The notes: a model not told the origin generated them from the letters alone. Shown: positions 8,293 through 16,974, counted from the stretch's first letter. The stretch is 64,000 nt of DNA from Candidatus Nanosyncoccus sp. (GCA_045636645.1 JAZTXX010000018.1:2896-66895); one strand, 5' to 3'. Made by a program: numbers and translations.

Positions 8293-8304
8293 ATAGATAA
8301 CTAA

Positions 8305-9072
8305 TTGGAAGTTGTAGTGCCTGAAGATGTAGCAAAATTTATAGATCGACTTATCGCCCTTCACTTTGAGGGCGGATGTTTGATTAATGCTATCGACGAG
8401 GCAAAAAATGATCCTCAAGACGAAGAAACTTTCAATATAATCTGTCATCTCCTTTCCTGTGCTGATGAAGATATCGATAGGAGCAAAATCAAGAGTACTT
8501 ACGATCTTTTAGAATATAAAACGAATGAATGGATCGTATCGTGCATCGACATGCTTGCCAATATAAAACCTCAACGCTTTATCTTCAATTTCACTAATAA
8601 TAGCATTAGATATAACGAAGATGACGATAAATACTTACTGCTAAGAGAACAAACCGTATTAGATCTTAAATTACTCGAAGAGATAATTCCAGAAATCGAG
8701 CGCGAATACGAAGACGGTCACAAGCAGCTCTTCTATGATGACGATAAAGATCTCAAGGTAAGCTACGATCCAAAAACTCGCACAATCCACGTCGGTAACA
8801 AAGTAGTACGTTTCCGCGAGGACGCACCGTTCACTCCTGCTCTTTGCGAAATTATGTTTAAGGACCCAACAAAACTTTACGAATTACGCGATTTCCAGAC
8901 CGTCTGGGATGATTTGTATGATTACATAGGTAATGAACGCCCTTCGGACTGGCACCGCGTCTACGAGGTCTTAAAACGCCTTAACGAGCGCATTCGTAAT
9001 ATCGCCGGAATAGATGATCTATTTGAACTCAATACAAAATCAGTCAGAATCAATCCTAAATACTTAAAATAG
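8305..9072 (+). CDS. Hypothetical protein, possible C-terminal winged-helix DNA-binding domain
   Basis: The 255-aa ORF has a non-ATG start (TTG 8305 or GTG 8317). The C-terminus (..ELRDFQTVWDDLY..HRVYEVLKRLNERIRN..SVRINPKY) loosely resembles OmpR/PhoB-type wHTH. No firm motif was found. Confidence 0.4.
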   Translation: MEVVVPEDVAKFIDRLIALHFEGGCLINAIDEAKNDPQDEETFNIICHLLSCADEDIDRSKIKSTYDLLEYKTNEWIVSCIDMLANIKPQRFIFNFTNNSIRYNEDDDKYLLLREQTVLDLKLLEEIIPEIEREYEDGHKQLFYDDDKDLKVSYDPKTRTIHVGNKVVRFREDAPFTPALCEIMFKDPTKLYELRDFQTVWDDLYDYIGNERPSDWHRVYEVLKRLNERIRNIAGIDDLFELNTKSVRINPKYLK

Positions 9073-9227
9073 CTCAATATTATCGCAATAATAACGCTGA
9101 ACTCTCTTTTTGTATCCTTGCAATATGGAATGAAGAGGTAATATAACGTATCAGAAAGACAAGAAACTGGAGCAACAAGCGCTCGTAAAGTTTCTAGAAA
9201 TATTAATCGATATAGACAAGCGAGAGC

Positions 9228-9569
9228 ATGTCGTTAATAAGGATGACGACGATGAATAGCTTTATATCGGAAATTGAAATAATGCCAGTAAAGCCGCATG
9301 GCGGACTGGTAGCCTTCGCAAGCTTTGTGCTGTACGGAACGATCTACTGTAGTTCTGTCGGCATTATGACGCGACTAGATGGCTCATATAGACTCACCTT
9401 TCCAACCAAAAAGGTTGGACTGAATAGCTTCGGAATATTCTACCCGATAGACAGATATGTTGGGCAAGAAATAGAAGAGGCAGTGATTAGTAAATATGAA
9501 GATGTAATGAGAGCTAGCGATGATCGATACTGTGATTCTCCGAGTGAACTACCCCAATTTCAGGATTAG
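9228..9569 (+). CDS. SpoVG-like protein
   Basis: IEIMPVKPHGGLVAFASFVLYGTIYCSSVGIMTRLDGSYRLTFPTKK..GIFYPIDRYVGQEIEEAVISKYEDV follows the SpoVG pattern (kAfasv...v.dikv....G.f..mPs.k....d...Pi). The real start may be ATG 9252. Confidence 0.55.
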   Translation: MSLIRMTTMNSFISEIEIMPVKPHGGLVAFASFVLYGTIYCSSVGIMTRLDGSYRLTFPTKKVGLNSFGIFYPIDRYVGQEIEEAVISKYEDVMRASDDRYCDSPSELPQFQD

Positions 9570-10731
9570 CCCGAGCGTTTATCGTAAGTTCTCTCCTTCT
9601 GCTCATGGCATCTTTGGACCGCCATACTATTCTTTTGGATCCGGAAAAGTTATTAAATGCGTACTGCAGCTAAAGGCAAAAGATAAGAAGCTAGGCATAT
9701 ATCAGCCACGCGTAACACTTATGAAAGCAGTACGAGCCGGCGGTGTTTCTGTATTCTTACATATCGAGTTCTCAGCGCCAAAGATTCTTTATAACAACAA
9801 CTTCGACGAGCTTAACTCTGGCGACTTTAAGGGTGTCTGTCTGGAACTTTATCGCAAGCTATATAAGCTCGGAATTGAGATTAAAAGAAACCAGATAGAA
9901 AGGGCCGAAGTCAAGACGGTCCACTTTGGCAAGAATATAGTCTTTGATGATTACCGAACCGCGGCAAGCGTAATTGGCGATATAGCGAAAGCGAACGTGT
10001 CAACCAGAAAGCAAGCCGATATGCGCGTTTACCGAAACGATGGCGAGGCTTTGCACTTTTACAGCGCAAGTCAGGCCATAGCGATTTATGATAAACGAAG
10101 AGAATTGGCTAAGTCTCGCGTCAGCGAGCGCGGACTACTCGAGAAAGATAACTACTGCCAGCTCACGCTATTTGATAACGTTCGTTCGAAGAAGCCTTTT
10201 GAGGTGGTGCGTGTTGAAGCGAGATATAACACTAAACGTGCGTTCAATACAGCGCTGAAACACGCTCTCGAGAAGGCTAAAGCGAGCGACAGTGTCGCAA
10301 GACTAGCTACGAAGCAAAAGCTTGTATTTATAGATATCTTTAATGAAGAACTAGCCAAGACGCTGTTGGAATATGAGTTCGCGCAGATCGAAGCGAAGAA
10401 CCTAGATCTTAATGAAACGATTACGAATACAGCTACCAGCTTTCTTCATGAAATTAATACGTTAAATCCAAAAGCGACCTTGGCGCAACGGCTAGAGACT
10501 TTGGCGATATGGAGCCTAATGCGCGAAACCGGAAGCCGAGACGTGCGGAAGATGACTGGCGCCAATTCGGCGCAGTGGTCTAGACTTACAAAGAAAATAT
10601 CAAAGATCTACTTTAGAACGAGAAAGAGTAGCTCTACTAGCTACATAGAAGATAAACTGGCAGAGTTTAAACCAGTACGATTACTTGAATACTTTACAGA
10701 ATTAAACAAGGTGCGCGCTGGGCCAAACTAG
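9520..10731 (+). CDS. Putative phage/plasmid replication-initiation protein (gene II / CRI-like)
   Basis: The N-terminal MIDTVILRV.. and the ..LHIEFSAPKILYNNNFDELNSGDF.. block resemble filamentous-phage/plasmid Rep families as I remember them. Not verifiable here. Overlaps the SpoVG-like ORF by 50 nt. Confidence 0.35.
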   Translation: MIDTVILRVNYPNFRISPSVYRKFSPSAHGIFGPPYYSFGSGKVIKCVLQLKAKDKKLGIYQPRVTLMKAVRAGGVSVFLHIEFSAPKILYNNNFDELNSGDFKGVCLELYRKLYKLGIEIKRNQIERAEVKTVHFGKNIVFDDYRTAASVIGDIAKANVSTRKQADMRVYRNDGEALHFYSASQAIAIYDKRRELAKSRVSERGLLEKDNYCQLTLFDNVRSKKPFEVVRVEARYNTKRAFNTALKHALEKAKASDSVARLATKQKLVFIDIFNEELAKTLLEYEFAQIEAKNLDLNETITNTATSFLHEINTLNPKATLAQRLETLAIWSLMRETGSRDVRKMTGANSAQWSRLTKKISKIYFRTRKSSSTSYIEDKLAEFKPVRLLEYFTELNKVRAGPN

Positions 10732-10830
10732 CGCAAATGTAGGGTGGTTCTTTACGGCTATTTTAGTTGCGAATAGCCCAACTCCAAAAGGTCCATTTAT
10801 GATATGGACTTATGAAAGGTTTAGGGTATT

Positions 10831-12398
10831 ATGTTTGATAACATGGGAAACTCTACCCCTGTAAATACCGGCAAAACTAATGAGCCGCAACTAACCAGAA
10901 AAGCTGTTCTATTCGCTCGCGTATCAACAGCGCGACAAGAAAAAGAAGGCTTATCTCTCGATGAAATTCAGTTACCGCGAATGCGCGATTATGCAATCGA
11001 GCAAAATTTAAAGATCGTACGCGAATACGCCATTGGCGAAACTGGCGGTAGCTATAAAGAGCGCAAACGCTTCAACGAGATGATCCAGTTCTTAAAGGAT
11101 AATCCGGATGTAACGGACATTATCGCCTTCCGCGTAGATCGTATTACGAGGAATTTCCGCGACGCGGTAACGATTGAAGATTTGCGCATTAAATATGGCA
11201 AGCGCATCCACTGCGTTGACGAAAGGCTGATTCTCTCGGAGAATAGCCGCGCGACCGACCTCACATCTTGGAATGTGAAGGTTTTTGTGGGTCAGGAATA
11301 CCTGAACCGCATTAAGGAAGACGGCCTTAATACGAAGATTAACAAACTGTCGCGCGGCGAGCTACCATGGAGCGCGCCTTATGGCTATGAATTCAAAACT
11401 ATCAGCGTCAGGCCGAAGGTTAAAAACGTCGTTCCTGTAGAACCGGCCGCGTCGATTGTAAAAGAAGTATTCTTACTCTTCTCAACCGGAACTTATTCAT
11501 GTAGAACCTTAGCAAGACTAATGAACAAGAAATACGGCACTAGATTTTCGCAAGGGATCATCCACAAATTCCTAAGATGCGAGTTTTATGTCGGGTTTAT
11601 TATCGATAAAAAAGGCGGAAAGAAATATCCGCATAATTACGAGAAGATAATAGATCGAGAGTTGTTTGATATGGCTAATCAGATACTCGACAAGAGAAAC
11701 CTTAAGGGCGACGACCAAGTACCGAAATATGGTGGCATAGAATCGGCTTATCGTGGACTAATTCGCTGCGAAGAGTGTGGATGCACAATAACGCCAGAAT
11801 TTAAGAAGCGTAAGCTACGACATGGTGGTTATAATTACCACAAATACTACCACTGCACGAACCGACGAGGAGTCCATAAGAGCATGAAGAGCTACACCGA
11901 AGAATATCTTGATGATAAGGTAAAAGAATTCCTACGAGGATTAAGATTAACCGAAACGAAGCTAGACGAGATTAGAAAGGCGTTAGCCGAAGCGCACGCC
12001 GGAAAGATAGATTTCTATCGCGAGCAACGCCGAAGCTTGTCTCAAAAGCGTAAGAAACTAGAAGCGAGACAGCAAGAAGCTTACGATATGTTGATGGACA
12101 AGAGTATTACTCTGGAACTTTATAACCAAAATAACGAGCGATATCGCAACGAACTGGCCGAGATCCAAACGCAGGAAGCCGCGCTAGATCGAGCTGACGA
12201 CAACTTCTATACGAACGCCGGTTACATCTTAAAAGTCTTTAAATATGCCGATAAATTATTCGACGTTGCCACGACGGCCGAAAAAAGAGACCTCATTGGT
12301 CTCATCACGTGCTCGAACCGAACTTTAGGACCTAGCGGACTGATATTACAGGGGTCAGGACCGTTCGCTCGGAACTTTTCTGGTCTAAATTCTGAAAA
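10831..12398 (+). CDS. Large serine recombinase (3' end undefined: no in-frame stop before 13485)
   Basis: Resolvase catalytic region AVLFARVSTARQEKEG, a recombinase domain, a zinc ribbon (CEECGCTITPEF...YYHCTNRRG) and a long coiled coil. The reading frame continues antisense through the tRNA. Confidence 0.8.
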
Positions 12399-12473
12399 TG
12401 GCTGGAGCGGAGGGATTCGAACCCCCGAATGGCGGGACCAGAACCCGCTGCCTTACCACTTGGCGACGCTCCA
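12399..12473 (-). tRNA. tRNA-Gln (anticodon CUG), CCA encoded
   Basis: Reverse complement: TGGAGCG TC GCC AAGTGGTAA GGC A GCGGG TTCTGGT CCCGC CATTC GGGGG TTCGAAT CCCTC CGCTCCA G CCA. All four arms fold. It has the U1:A72 pair and G73 typical of bacterial tRNA-Gln. Confidence 0.9.
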
Positions 12474-12483
12474 AGCTTTAGCT

Positions 12484-12492
12484 ATTGTACCA
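12484..12492 (-). promoter_or_regulatory. Extended -10 box (TGGTACAAT) for tRNA-Gln
   Basis: The plus strand reads attgtacca. Only 10 nt separate the box from the mature tRNA 5' nucleotide (12473). Confidence 0.45.
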
Positions 12493-12507
12493 TATTTTCA
12501 TAAAAAA

Positions 12508-12516
12508 TGCTATAAT
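12508..12516 (+). promoter_or_regulatory. Extended -10 box (TGCTATAAT), 9 nt before ATG 12526
   Basis: Leaderless-type spacing, divergent from the tRNA promoter. Confidence 0.5.
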
Positions 12517-12525
12517 AAGCATACT

Positions 12526-13485
12526 ATGGCTAAGAAAAAAATTTTTACAAATAAACAACTAGCTGAACTTTCTGCCGAAGAAATCATCGACAAGCTGCAG
12601 CACGAGAACTATTCTCTCCTTAATTCGCTTGGTGCCGAGAAGCTCCGTAAAGAGATGGTACCAGTAGGTAAGGCCTGCAATACTGCTATTAATTATTTCT
12701 TTGGGACTACTGGACCGAAGTCTGATCCCGTCAAGCATAGCAAGGCTGCAAGGAAGAAACTGGTTAGAATTCTATCGAAGATTACGCCTGGTTCGTACAA
12801 AGGGATACCGCACGACCAGAAGAATGGCCTCGTCGTAGGATTCAATCATCCTTCACTCGGCGAAATTGCTAGAATCCTCATGATGAAAATCGATATCATG
12901 GGTGATAAGCCAATGTATTTTCCGGTGAATCTGCCTTGGTATGAAGCATTGGCGCCGAATTTCGATCGTATCAAGAAGCTTGGAATTATTATTACTCCAA
13001 CGATTACTCCTTCGACCTGGCAGAAGATGGCCCTTAAAGAGGGAACTAAATTATTCGAGGATGCATCAAGAATCAAGCGTGATTTTCGCGAGATTTATAC
13101 TTCTTTATCTCATGATGCTTTGAAAAATGGCGGCGTAGTATTCGTTGCACCGTCAGCTACTAGGCAAGCTACAGTATTTAAGTCTAAAAATGTCTATGAT
13201 AAGAAAGAAGATATTATTCCGACCATGTCCGTGCTGGCACTTAGTATTTATAAGGATCCTGAGATGCAGTGTGACTTTCTCCCGATAGCCGTGCTCCCAC
13301 CTAAAGGATACAAGCGTGGTTTAAACTTCCGAAAAAAATACAAATTGATTCCGTGTGAGGTCATGACTGCCGATGAGATTCGCAAGAAATACTTTAAGAC
13401 CAAAAATCCTAAACGTCTTGATGGGTTCGATTATGATTTTCACATGCGTATCGCCGAAAAACTCCCGAAAGATTTCTGGTATTAA
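12526..13485 (+). CDS. Hypothetical protein, weak acyltransferase-like features
   Basis: MAKKKIFTNKQLAELS.. is the distal part of the 884-aa track ORF and has its own promoter box. FNHPSLGE and VVFVAPSATRQ vaguely recall PlsC-type HX4D/E and PEGTR blocks. Confidence 0.5.
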   Translation: MAKKKIFTNKQLAELSAEEIIDKLQHENYSLLNSLGAEKLRKEMVPVGKACNTAINYFFGTTGPKSDPVKHSKAARKKLVRILSKITPGSYKGIPHDQKNGLVVGFNHPSLGEIARILMMKIDIMGDKPMYFPVNLPWYEALAPNFDRIKKLGIIITPTITPSTWQKMALKEGTKLFEDASRIKRDFREIYTSLSHDALKNGGVVFVAPSATRQATVFKSKNVYDKKEDIIPTMSVLALSIYKDPEMQCDFLPIAVLPPKGYKRGLNFRKKYKLIPCEVMTADEIRKKYFKTKNPKRLDGFDYDFHMRIAEKLPKDFWY

Positions 13486-13493
13486 TAGTCTTA

Positions 13494-13502
13494 TGGTATA
13501 AT
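13494..13502 (+). promoter_or_regulatory. Extended -10 box (TGGTATAAT), 7 nt before ATG 13510
   Basis: Leaderless-type spacing. Confidence 0.5.
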
Positions 13503-13509
13503 CATAAGC

Positions 13510-15255
13510 ATGATGGAAGAGGATAAGTACTATTACCATCCATTGGAAAATATTGAAGATGTCGATATTTTCTACGAAGCGGTGGAACGAAATCATTTAA
13601 CAAGAGCAGTGTCGCCAGAAAGGCCTTACACTTATTGGACGATCGAGCTTTATGATCAGAAAAACGGAATCCGTGGCGGTGGTGGTCTCGGAATTCTAGC
13701 GGCCGACACTAGGCGTGTCGCTGATAAAATGGGGATTCCTCTAGCTCTTATTACCCCATTCTATCCCTTCGAGGTACACCAAACAATTAAAGATGGCAAA
13801 GTTTATGATGAACACAAGCCGGTTGATTATCATAAGTTCGGATTCAAGTTTGTCGATACCGTTAATATCCGTTGCTGTGACACACTATGCAAGCTTGACG
13901 TGATTGAGAAGAGGTTTAATAGTACAAGGATTATTTCAGTCACTGAACCGAATTTCGGCGAATTGTATTCCGGAATGAGCGGATCCGATCATCGCCTTTA
14001 CCAGGAAGTTTCGCTCGGGTTCGGTGGATATGCCGCTTTGAAATTACTTGGATTGAAGCCAGCTATTATGCAGCTGAATGAAGTTGCGACTTTCTTCGCG
14101 GCGCTTGCACGTCTAGACGAGCTTGCAAGCAATGGGATGGATTTCTACGAGGCTGTCGTTTATACAAGAAAGCACACATTGTATACTAATCATACTTTAG
14201 TTCAGGCTGCCGAGGCTGAATTCGGTAGGGAACAGTTTGACAAATACGTCTTCCCAAATCTCAAGTCTTCAGCTGTGAAGAAGTGGCTGTCCGATAAGTT
14301 CACCAATGACCACATTAAGCTTTCTTCAGTTACAATCGAAATTGCGGAGCTTAGAAGCGGAGTCTCTAAACTCCATGCTAGGGTGGCGAATTACCGCGAC
14401 ATCGCTGGAAATAAGGTAAAATTTAAGGCGGTAACAAACGGTATCGACATGGATACTTGGGTGATGCCCGAGGTGATGACTTATTTCGAAGAGAAGGGGA
14501 TCATCGATAAATTCACTGCGCCGACTGCTGATTATATTGAGAAGCTCAGTGATATTTCTGCAGAAGATATTCATAAATTCAAGCATGAAGGACGAAAAAT
14601 CCTTAATAAGGCTCTTAAAACCAGGCCTGACCAGACCGGGAAGGTTCTTAATTTCAAGGATGGCGATTTTATTTTTGACTTCAAGCGTCGCTTCGTTGAT
14701 TATAAGAGGCCAGAGATGCCGTTCAGGGATCCATCGAGGCTTCGAGAGATTCTAGAGCCTCGTGGAGCTCACTACATTCTCGCTGGACGCGTCCATGCTG
14801 GTGACGAAGTGATGTCTGGTAAGCTCAGTAACTTGCTTGATCTTGTTGCTAAGGATGATTATCTACGTGATCATGTCCACTATATTGCTGACTATGATGA
14901 GGAACTCGCTTTCGCCCTTTCGTGTGGGTCGAATGTCGCCATTAATGTGCCAATTGTTGGCCTAGAGGCTTGTGGTACTTCCTGGATGAAGGATATCGCG
15001 AACTTCAACATCCTAATCTCAACGCATGATGGCGGCGTGGCCGACGGCCCGATGAGCGCCTACTTCAATGTGAGTGGCAATGATGAGAGCGAAGAACTTG
15101 ATATGCTATATCAGCAGATGGAGGACGCAATTGCGACTTGGGGTAATGATTTCGACCTTGAATTCGTCCTGAGACGTCAACTTGAGGCGTTCCTGCCAGT
15201 GATTTCCGGAGCTCGCATGATGACCGACTACCTTGATTATCTTTTCCCAAAATAA
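13510..15255 (+). CDS. Alpha-glucan (glycogen/maltodextrin) phosphorylase family protein
   Basis: Carries GGGGLGILAADTRR, YTNHTLVQAAEAEF and VTNGIDMDTW, plus the PLP-lysine block LEACGTSWMKDIAN (cf. EASGTSGMK). Confidence 0.75.
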   Translation: MMEEDKYYYHPLENIEDVDIFYEAVERNHLTRAVSPERPYTYWTIELYDQKNGIRGGGGLGILAADTRRVADKMGIPLALITPFYPFEVHQTIKDGKVYDEHKPVDYHKFGFKFVDTVNIRCCDTLCKLDVIEKRFNSTRIISVTEPNFGELYSGMSGSDHRLYQEVSLGFGGYAALKLLGLKPAIMQLNEVATFFAALARLDELASNGMDFYEAVVYTRKHTLYTNHTLVQAAEAEFGREQFDKYVFPNLKSSAVKKWLSDKFTNDHIKLSSVTIEIAELRSGVSKLHARVANYRDIAGNKVKFKAVTNGIDMDTWVMPEVMTYFEEKGIIDKFTAPTADYIEKLSDISAEDIHKFKHEGRKILNKALKTRPDQTGKVLNFKDGDFIFDFKRRFVDYKRPEMPFRDPSRLREILEPRGAHYILAGRVHAGDEVMSGKLSNLLDLVAKDDYLRDHVHYIADYDEELAFALSCGSNVAINVPIVGLEACGTSWMKDIANFNILISTHDGGVADGPMSAYFNVSGNDESEELDMLYQQMEDAIATWGNDFDLEFVLRRQLEAFLPVISGARMMTDYLDYLFPK

Positions 15256-15363
15256 TCCTTATGTATGAATTGACAAAACAGTAATCTCTGTTACTATTCT
15301 ATTAGGGTTAATTGCATAAGGACAATATAATAATCTAAAAACATTTATATATAGGAATTGCTT

Positions 15364-15876
15364 ATGGATAACGATTATATCATCAAAAAGACATCAGCTA
15401 ACAATAATAGCTCTTTATCGGATGGACAAATCAAGTCTTTAATGCAAACTAAAAAGTGGAGAAAAAAGTCTATAATACTTATCTCTATAGGTCCAGTCTC
15501 GGTTTTTATTAGCTCACTGATTGTCTCAATAATAGCCTTGAAAAATTTTAGCATTCATGATCCAATGCTCTGGATAGCCTTTTTTGCCTTTATCCCATTA
15601 TTTATCGGGTATGTCTTAACATTAATATGCCTTCCTATTGGAATTGTTAAATTAAAGAAATATTCACCTGCAGACTTCGGCATGATGGTTCGACAATTTC
15701 TTAAACTCCTCGCAATAGAGATTATTTGCACTGTTATTGTAATTATGTGCGCTGATAAAAGGCTTCTCGTCATAACCAATTTTTTGGTCGTTTCAGATAT
15801 TATTTGTCTCGTCACTCTAATCTTGCTTAAACTTGTACATAGAAAAATACTTAAACATGTCGACCGGTTGAGCTAA
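15364..15876 (+). CDS. Hypothetical membrane protein
   Basis: Four or five hydrophobic segments. ATG 15364 follows aggaa (the track starts at TTG 15358). Confidence 0.5.
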   Translation: MDNDYIIKKTSANNNSSLSDGQIKSLMQTKKWRKKSIILISIGPVSVFISSLIVSIIALKNFSIHDPMLWIAFFAFIPLFIGYVLTLICLPIGIVKLKKYSPADFGMMVRQFLKLLAIEIICTVIVIMCADKRLLVITNFLVVSDIICLVTLILLKLVHRKILKHVDRLS

Positions 15877-15921
15877 AAACACAACGTTTAACATACTGCT
15901 CGTCATTCAGAAATAAAAATC

Positions 15922-15950
15922 TTGACTATTCCTTCCTGGCGTAGTATACT
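15922..15950 (+). promoter_or_regulatory. Sigma70-like promoter (TTGACT-17 nt-TATACT) upstream of secE
   Basis: TTGACT at 15922-15927, a 17-nt spacer and TATACT at 15945-15950. Confidence 0.4.
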
Positions 15951-15956
15951 ATTGAC

Positions 15957-15979
15957 AAGTCTGGTATCAGACTTTTTTT
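15957..15979 (+). terminator. Terminator-like hairpin between the promoter-like element and the secE SD
   Basis: aagtctg-gtat-cagactt followed by T7. Confidence 0.45.
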
Positions 15980-15995
15980 AATATAAAGGAGTAAG

Positions 15996-16379
15996 ATGGC
16001 TAAAGTCACTAGAATCAAGGCAACCGATGATTCACCTAAGAAGGCTGAGTCTGAAGAGCCGACAATTACTCGAAAAAAAGTTGTTGTTAAAGACAAAAAG
16101 CAAGAGAAAACTAAACGAAAAGAAGCAAAAAAAGCTGAAAAGAAGATTACCGACGGGAAGAAGTCTAGGAAGAAGCCATTTATCTTGATTCGTCCATTCG
16201 TCTACCTTGGTAGATATCTTCGTGACTCTTGGCGTGAACTTCGTCAGGTTAGGTGGCCTAATCGTAAAGCCACCTGGAAGATGGTGCTCGCTGTCCTCGT
16301 CTACACGGCCCTCTTTATGGTGATTATTTCGCTTCTAGATTTATTCTTTACATGGCTATTTAGTTTAATATTAAAGTAA
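15996..16379 (+). CDS. secE: Preprotein translocase subunit SecE (Lys-rich N-terminal extension)
   Basis: ELRQVRWPNRKATWKMVLAVLVYTALFMVIISLLD. SD aaaggag. nusG lies downstream. Confidence 0.8.
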   Translation: MAKVTRIKATDDSPKKAESEEPTITRKKVVVKDKKQEKTKRKEAKKAEKKITDGKKSRKKPFILIRPFVYLGRYLRDSWRELRQVRWPNRKATWKMVLAVLVYTALFMVIISLLDLFFTWLFSLILK

Positions 16380-16396
16380 CTTAGAAAGGATTATAA

Positions 16397-16945
16397 ATGG
16401 CAGTAAATAGATATGATGATACAAGGGCATGGTACGCGATTTCTACCTACTCTGGTTACGAAGACAAAGTAGCCGATTCTATCAACCAGCGTACTAGCAC
16501 GGTCGAGATGGCCGATAAAATTTTCGAGGCAATAGTGCCGAAAGAGAAGCAGATCGAGATTAAGAACGGTAAGCGTAAGATCGTTGATCGTAAGATTCTT
16601 CAAGGTTATGTGCTTGTCGATATGAAACTATCTGACGAAACTTGGTATATTATCCGTAATACTCCTGGTGTAACTGGTTTTATTGGTACTGGTACTCAGC
16701 CTACTCCTGTTTCTGAGAAGGAAATTGCGAAGATTAAGAAGCGTATGGGCGTCGAGGATCCAAAATTCTCAGTGAAGTATGAGGTTGGCGAAGTTGTTTC
16801 CATCACCGATGGCCCATTCAAGGGCTTCGATGGTTCTATTTCGGAAATCGATGCTGCTAAGGGTAAGCTTAAGGTCATGGTTTCGATGTTCGGACGCGAG
16901 ACACCAGTCGAACTCGATGCCTTGCAGGTGAAGCAATTAAGCTAA
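16397..16945 (+). CDS. nusG: Transcription termination/antitermination factor NusG
   Basis: NGN motif WYAISTYSGYEDKV and KOW motif GEVVSITDGPFKGFDGSISEID. Confidence 0.9.
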   Translation: MAVNRYDDTRAWYAISTYSGYEDKVADSINQRTSTVEMADKIFEAIVPKEKQIEIKNGKRKIVDRKILQGYVLVDMKLSDETWYIIRNTPGVTGFIGTGTQPTPVSEKEIAKIKKRMGVEDPKFSVKYEVGEVVSITDGPFKGFDGSISEIDAAKGKLKVMVSMFGRETPVELDALQVKQLS

Positions 16946-16974
16946 TCGCTTTGCTTTACTTTTCGCATAAAAAT

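Larger units (their letters stand above)
1..12473. mobile_element. Putative integrated element / defence island abutting tRNA-Gln (left end not in window)
   Basis: All genes left of the tRNA are accessory (R-M, Mrr, Rep-like, SpoVG-like, two recombinases). All genes to its right are housekeeping. The serine recombinase 3' end touches the tRNA 3' end. Confidence 0.45.

Noticed and set aside
10751-10809. Two short inverted repeats (ggctatt..aatagcc at 10756-10778; gtccat..atggac at 10791-10809) just upstream of the serine recombinase, considered as att-site halves.
   Set aside because: The arms are only 6-7 bp, AT-rich and not repeated elsewhere in the window. That is insufficient evidence.
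1-12398. Searched the intergenic stretches left of the tRNA for a direct repeat of the tRNA-Gln 3' end (ggattcgaacc...), which would mark the other element boundary.
   Set aside because: None was seen by eye. Serine recombinases need no long direct repeats, so the absence is uninformative. The boundary may also lie outside the window.
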